NCBI GenBank assembly: GCA_001931535.1
Contig: CP016211.1
Coordinates: 4,503,573 to 4,567,572 of the forward strand
Direction: 5' to 3'
From: Minicystis rosea
Lineage (GTDB): Bacteria; Myxococcota_A; Polyangia; Polyangiales; Polyangiaceae
Length of the DNA: 64,000 nucleotides
In this document: positions 59,290 through 64,000 of the stretch, in pieces
Layout of the letters: each line of letters starts with the position of its first letter
Numbering within the stretch: the first letter of the stretch is position 1
Made by a program: the position numbers and the translations under genes
The notes under the pieces: generated by a model
Databases searched by the model: none
The model's input: only the letters and a program-made list of their open reading frames with translations
What the model was told of the DNA's origin: nothing

Positions 59290-60306
59290 TCACGGCCGAA
59301 GCAGCGCCTTGATGGCTCGGCGCTCGTCCATCGCACGGTAGCCCTCGGCCACCTTCTCGAGCGGCAGGGTGAGGTCGAAGACCTTGCCCGGGTCGATCGC
59401 CCCCGTTTCGATCATCTCGATGAGGCGCGGAAGGTAGCGGCGCACCGGCGCCGGCCCGCCGTGCAGATGCACGTGCGTGAAGAACAGCTTTTGGACGTCG
59501 AGCTGCACGCCGTGCGGGACGCCGACGTAGCTCACGTAGCCACCCGGACGAGCGGCGCCGATGGCCTGCTTCATCGACTCGGCAGTGCCCACGCACTCGA
59601 GGACCGAATCGGCGCCGACACCCTTCGTCAGCTCCTTGATGCGCGCGATGCCGTCGTCGTCGCGTTCGGCGACGATGTCCGTCGCACCGAATTCGCGCGC
59701 GAGCTTCTGGCGTCGCTCGTGGCGGCTCATCGCGATGATCCGCTCCGCGCCCTTCTGCTTAGCGGAGAGGATCGCGAGCAGACCGACGGCGCCGTCGCCG
59801 ACGATCACGACCGTCGAACCCGATTTGACGTTCGCGGCGTCGGCGGCGAACCAACCCGTGCCGAGGACATCGGACGCGGCGAGCATGCTCGGAACGAGAT
59901 CGGCCGGAGGCACCTCCCGCGTCGCTACGAGCGTCCCATCGGCGAGCGGCACGCGCAGGAAGGGCGCCTGCGCGCCGCCGACGAGCTCGCGGTGCTGGCA
60001 CGACGTCTGGTAGCCCGCCTTGCAGTGCGGGCAGGTGTTGTCGGAGGCGAAGAACGAGCCGACGACGAACTGACCCGGCCTGACGGACGTGACGGAGCTT
60101 CCGACCTCCTCGACGATGCCGCAGTACTCGTGACCCATCGGGGTCGGCTGCCCGACAGCCTGGATGCCTCGATAGGGCCAGAGGTCCGAGCCGCAGACGC
60201 AGGTGGCCGAGAGCCGGAGGATGGCGTCGGTCGCTTCGAGAAGCTTCGGGTCTTCGCGCTCCTCGAAGCGCACATCGTGGGGCCTGTGCAGGACGGTGGC
60301 TCGCAT
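59290..60306 (-). CDS. zinc-dependent alcohol dehydrogenase (MDR superfamily)
   Basis: 338-aa internal start MRATVLHRP with an AAGGAGAC RBS. 'CGSDLW', 'GHEYCGIVEEVG' (Zn ligands) and NAD-binding 'VVIVGDGAVGL'. Confidence 0.85.
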   Translation of the reverse strand: MRATVLHRPHDVRFEEREDPKLLEATDAILRLSATCVCGSDLWPYRGIQAVGQPTPMGHEYCGIVEEVGSSVTSVRPGQFVVGSFFASDNTCPHCKAGYQTSCQHRELVGGAQAPFLRVPLADGTLVATREVPPADLVPSMLAASDVLGTGWFAADAANVKSGSTVVIVGDGAVGLLAILSAKQKGAERIIAMSRHERRQKLAREFGATDIVAERDDDGIARIKELTKGVGADSVLECVGTAESMKQAIGAARPGGYVSYVGVPHGVQLDVQKLFFTHVHLHGGPAPVRRYLPRLIEMIETGAIDPGKVFDLTLPLEKVAEGYRAMDERRAIKALLRP

Positions 60307-60394
60307 CGGTTCGTCTCCTTTGACTGACCGAAGCTTGCGCCCACCCTGCCCGACGCAGAAGGGATCCAGCGCTGGACGCCTTGGTAAGCTGGTC

Positions 60395-60425
60395 TTGACA
60401 ATTGAGCCCGCGTGGGTCGACTGCT
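60395..60425 (+). promoter_or_regulatory. possible promoter (-35 TTGACA) for the LysR gene in the divergent ADH-LysR intergenic region
   Basis: 'ggtcTTGACAattgagcccgcgtgggtcgac' lies about 35 nt upstream of the LysR ATG. The -10 is weak. Speculative. Confidence 0.2.
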
Positions 60426-60432
60426 GGTCGCC

Positions 60433-61335
60433 ATGCACGACGTCCCCATCGCTCAGCTCCAAGCGTTCCTGGCCGTCGCCCGTGCCAAGAGCTTCACCGG
60501 AGCAGCTCGCGCGCTCGGCATCTCGCGCTCGGCCGTGAGCCAGTCGGTGCAGCAGCTCGAAGAGCGGGTCCGCGTCGTGCTCGTTCAGCGGACGACGCGC
60601 AGCGTCTCGCTCACGGACGCCGGGCGGCATCTCGTGGAGAGGGTCGGCCCTGCGCTCGCCCAGGCGGCGGCGGCGCTGGCCGAGGTCTCGGCAAAGCCTG
60701 GTGAGGTCGTCGGACGGCTCAGGCTCTCGGTGCCGCACCTGGCGGTGCCGCTGATCGTCGAGCCCGTGCTGCCGACGTTCCGCGAGCGGTACCCGCGCGT
60801 CGAATTGGAGGTCGTCCTCGACGAGCGGCTCGTCGACATCGTTGCGGGCGGGTTCGACGCTGGCCTTCGCCTCAGCGAGAGCATCGAGCGCGACATGGTA
60901 CAGGTGCGGCTCACCGAAGCCTTCCGCTTCCTCGTTGTCGGCACGCCCTCGTACCTCGCCAAGCGCGGTCGCCCTCAGCGCCCCAAGGACCTGCTCGAGC
61001 ACGAGTGCATCACGTTCCGGTCTCCGACGAACGGCGCGCTCTACGCGTGGGAGTTCGAGCGCGGCAGCAAAGCCTGGCGCGTGCCGGTCCGGGGCGGTGT
61101 CGTCACGAACGACGGCCTGTTGTGCGCGACGCTGGCCAAGCGGGGGATGGGGCTCGCGTACACGCCGGAGACCTGGGTTCGCGAGGAGCTGCGTCGTGGT
61201 GACCTCGAGGTCGTGCTCGGAGCCTACGCGCCGACAGTACCTGGCTTCTTCCTCTACTATCCGAGCCGCGGTCAGCGGTCAGAGCCCCTGCGCCTCTTCA
61301 TCGAGACCGCGAAGGAGCTGCTCCTCGTGCGGTAG
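60433..61335 (+). CDS. LysR-family transcriptional regulator
   Basis: ATG at 60433. HTH 'LQAFLAVARAKSFTGAARALGISRSAVSQSVQQLEERV' and LysR substrate-binding fold. Divergently transcribed from the ADH. Confidence 0.8.
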   Translation: MHDVPIAQLQAFLAVARAKSFTGAARALGISRSAVSQSVQQLEERVRVVLVQRTTRSVSLTDAGRHLVERVGPALAQAAAALAEVSAKPGEVVGRLRLSVPHLAVPLIVEPVLPTFRERYPRVELEVVLDERLVDIVAGGFDAGLRLSESIERDMVQVRLTEAFRFLVVGTPSYLAKRGRPQRPKDLLEHECITFRSPTNGALYAWEFERGSKAWRVPVRGGVVTNDGLLCATLAKRGMGLAYTPETWVREELRRGDLEVVLGAYAPTVPGFFLYYPSRGQRSEPLRLFIETAKELLLVR

Positions 61336-61654
61336 CGCGCTGACGTCGGCTTGCCCGGTCTCGGCCTCGAGCGATCCGACGATGATCACCGCCCCTCACT
61401 GGCTGCACTCCGCTGCCCGAAATGGACGGGCAGGATGCGGGTGATGGAGGACCTCCCTGCGGGCGAGTCCCCGGCCACGCGCGAGGAGTGCGAGCAGGCT
61501 GCGCGCGAGAAGCTGACTCTATCTATTTGTGATGAGCCCGAGGACCGGGCGCGCCGACGACGCAGCCCGTGCGGGATGTCAGGCACCCTCGCGCCGCGCT
61601 TGGGGAGGCAGGCGACGCCCACCTCGAACGCCTTGGTCCTGCGCACGGGATCGC

Positions 61655-61800
61655 TTGGTGTGCATCCGATACCGCGGGTATCCGATATCCGAAGCCACGC
61701 GGATATCTGATACCGCGGATATCCGATATCCGAAGCTGACTGGGTGCAGATGGGATGAAGCGCCAGCGACGCGCCAGTTGTACCCACCGTGCCCGAGCCG
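61655..61800 (+). repeat. GATATC-rich repeat cluster (copy B) with the same terminal module as copy A
   Basis: 'ccgataccgcgggtatccgatatccgaagc' occurs twice (contains the perfect palindrome cggatatccg) and is followed by 'cagatgggatgaagcGCCAGCGACGC...acccacc', homologous to 18048-18110. Confidence 0.65.
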
Positions 61801-62049
61801 AGGAAGATGACGGCGGTGAACCAACGGAGGACGTCATGGTGATCGCGAATTTCGTGAGCACGGGATATCCACCTACAATATCGCGGTGCCGGCGGCGGGG
61901 GCGTGGAAGGTGCGGCTGGACACGGAATGGAAGGCCTGGGCTACGCACCGCGTTGACGCCGCGCATCCCGAGAGGAGTGCTAGACCGAACACTGCGGCAA
62001 CTGTTCGATCTTCCTCGTGATTCATCGTCGGCGTACGAACCTACCATAA

Positions 62050-62600
62050 TCCGCCCACCAGGGGTGCGGCGCCCCCAAAGTCCTCTCTCGCACGGCGGCA
62101 CCGTGTGGGTGGAGAGCGAGGGCGTGGGGCGCGGCGCGACGTTCACGGTCAGCCTCGCCATCACAGCGATCCACGCCGCAGGCTCGTGGTGGACGACGAG
62201 GAGGACACCCGCAAGATGGTGCGGTGCCACCTCGCCGACTGCCACGCGGAGATCGTCGCAGTTGATTAGGCGAGCGCGGCGCTCGACGCCGTGCAGCGGT
62301 TCCGCCCCGACGTGCTCGTGAGCGACATCGGGATGCCGGACCAGGACGGCTATCAGCTCCTCCACTCAGTGCATGCGCTCGATGGGAGCCGCGGCGGGCG
62401 TACACCGGCCGCCGCGCTCACCGCCTACGCGCGGCCCGAGGACCGCATTCAGGCCCTGCGCGCCGGCTATCAGGTCCACGGTCCACATGGCCAAGCCGGT
62501 CAACGCGCAGGAGCTCGACAAGGCTCGCGACGTCTTGGTGGAGCCTCAGCCCAGCAGCCTCCCGGACCTTGGCGTCGCCCTCCGCGCTCGAGAGCGCGAA
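62050..62600 (+). pseudogene. remnant of a hybrid sensor histidine kinase (HATPase tail plus receiver) with frameshifts and an in-frame stop
   Basis: 'HGGTVWVESEGVGRGATFTVSLAI' (HATPase_c end) and then receiver-domain pieces in three frames: 'RRLVVDDEEDTRKMVRCHLADCHAEIVAVD*', 'FRPDVLVSDIGMPDQDGYQLL' and 'VAKPVNAQELDKARDVL'. Upstream kinase domains are absent and replaced by repeat copy B. Confidence 0.5.
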
Positions 62601-63082
62601 GCTGATGGGCGTCGATGCTGCGGAGTACCTGCGGCGCACCGTTGCGGCCGCGTTCGCGGGCGAAGAGGTGCCGCTGCCACACGAGCTCGCGGCGGTGGGC
62701 TGACGACGGCTGCCCTCTCCGCGCCGGTCCCGCGGTCCACCACCGCCGCCTTCGCCAGCGACGAGGACGACATCTGACCTGAACGAGAGAACGATTTCGA
62801 TCTGAGTTTTTCGGCCACGCTTCGGCGACGCGAAGACGCTCCCCGGAGCGCGCAGGGGCGCGTCAGGGGCTGCGCTTGTTCCCTGGGCACGCGCATTCTC
62901 CGCGAGGAGTCGCTCGTGATGGCCGCCTGCCGCGCGGAACGTAGTAGAGAAGGGCCCCGTTGAGCGGCGCGCGACGTCGCCAGGCGGGACTACCAAGCCT
63001 GCTTGTCCGCCACCGTCACTCCCAAGACTGCAAAGAGGGCTGGCGCCACCCCGCGCTCGATACCTAGGCTCTGCGAGCCAGA

Positions 63083-63481
63083 ATGGCCGATCTGCTCGTG
63101 GTCGACGACAACGAAGACACCAGTGAATGTGTGGCGTCAGTGCTGTCGCTCGAAGGTCATCGCGTGCGTCTGGGTTCGAATGGCGAACAAGGGTTGGCCG
63201 CGCTAAACGACCGGCTGCCCGATCTCGTGATCTTGGACGTCGACATGCCAGTTCTCGACGGCCCCGGGATGGCCTATCGAATGTTCCTCGAGAACTGCAG
63301 ACGCGAGTTGATACCGATCGTCCTCAGCTCCGCCGCGGTGTGGTTGTCCGAGATCGCGACTCGGATCGGCACGCCCTATTACATCGGAAAACCGTTCGAC
63401 CCGACCGAGCTCATGAGTCTCGTCACGCGCGCCCTCGAGAAAGGACGCCTCCCCGTCCATCTCCCAGGGGTTTCGCGATGA
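63083..63481 (+). CDS. response regulator receiver protein (CheY-like)
   Basis: 'LLVVDDNEDT', 'DLVILDVDMPVLDG' and 'YYIGKPFDP'. The stop overlaps the next ATG. Confidence 0.7.
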   Translation: MADLLVVDDNEDTSECVASVLSLEGHRVRLGSNGEQGLAALNDRLPDLVILDVDMPVLDGPGMAYRMFLENCRRELIPIVLSSAAVWLSEIATRIGTPYYIGKPFDPTELMSLVTRALEKGRLPVHLPGVSR

Positions 63482-64000
63482 GACTTCCGCCGATTCCCAA
63501 CGGTGCTCGCTATCCGATCGATTCCTCCTTCCGGTACGGCATCGCGGTGGCCCTCGGAGCGCTCGCGTTGATTCTCGGCATGGTGATCCCGACCCATTGG
63601 AGTTTCAAGGTGGCCACGACCGCCTTCTACACCGTGCTGGTCCTCGCCAGCGCGGCGCTCGGCGGCTTCGGGCCCGGTGTCCTCTCCACGCTGCTGTGCG
63701 CCGCCGCGGTCGCTTACTGGGTGGAGCCCCCGGGCCACTTCTACGTCGAAGAGCCGGCCGAGGCTTTTGGTGTCGCGCTCTTTGTCGCGAGCGGCCTGAT
63801 CGTGAGCGGCATCTGCGAGCGGATGCACCGCGCAATGCTGGTCGAGCGAGCTGCGCGGGGGCTTGCCGAGCGGACCGCCAGAGCGGAGCGGGAGGCTCAC
63901 GAAGCCACTCGGCGGGCAGAGCGGGCGCGCGAGGAGATGCTTAGCCTGGTCGCGCACGATCTGCGGGATCCGCTCGGGGTCATCGATATGAACGCCGGCT
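63478..64000 (+). CDS. sensor histidine kinase (DUF4118-like membrane N-terminus plus HisKA), 3'-partial at window end
   Basis: ATG at 63478. TM helices 'IAVALGALALILGMVI' and 'FYTVLVLASAALGG', then the HisKA H-box 'LSLVAHDLRDPLGVI'. Runs off the window end. Confidence 0.6.
   Translation, partial: MRLPPIPNGARYPIDSSFRYGIAVALGALALILGMVIPTHWSFKVATTAFYTVLVLASAALGGFGPGVLSTLLCAAAVAYWVEPPGHFYVEEPAEAFGVALFVASGLIVSGICERMHRAMLVERAARGLAERTARAEREAHEATRRAERAREEMLSLVAHDLRDPLGVIDMNAG

Noticed and set aside
61351-61710. 119-aa plus-strand ORF upstream of repeat B
   Set aside because: No RBS, poor composition, and it runs into the repeat cluster. Probably non-coding.

Overview
Very high-GC (about 70%) accessory region that looks myxobacterial (Myxococcales-type cysteine-rich repeat lipoprotein, PEGA protein, many Ser/Thr kinases). 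Main content left to right: a vWA/TPR protein, a DUF2723 membrane protein, and a lysine 5,6-aminomutase kamD/kamE pair split by an inserted Cys-rich lipoprotein gene. Then lipoprotein genes with a 42-bp tandem-repeat array, and a frameshifted tyrosine integrase plus excisionase next to GATATC-rich iteron-like repeats. A large minus-strand orphan T6SS spike/effector island follows: three tandem vgrG paralogs, DUF2169, and an Rhs/YD-repeat toxin whose C-terminus is a colicin-E9-type HNH DNase, followed by an Im-type immunity gene and a CbrC (UPF0167) homolog. Downstream of the vgrGs sit three uncharacterised, translationally coupled genes. Right of the island is a Ser/Thr-kinase, sigma-factor, PP2C and response-regulator signalling cluster, then an IS4-IS3-IS4 cluster with two 100% identical IS4-family copies. 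The window ends with a small redox/detox-like gene set (AKR, ADH, CMD, cupin, tautomerase) with a divergent LysR regulator, and a decayed hybrid sensor kinase beside a second copy of the GATATC-repeat module. At least six genes are split by single-base frameshifts, at least two of them at homopolymers. No rRNA, tRNA or CRISPR could be supported. Many long antisense ORFs in the six-frame track are GC-driven shadows.
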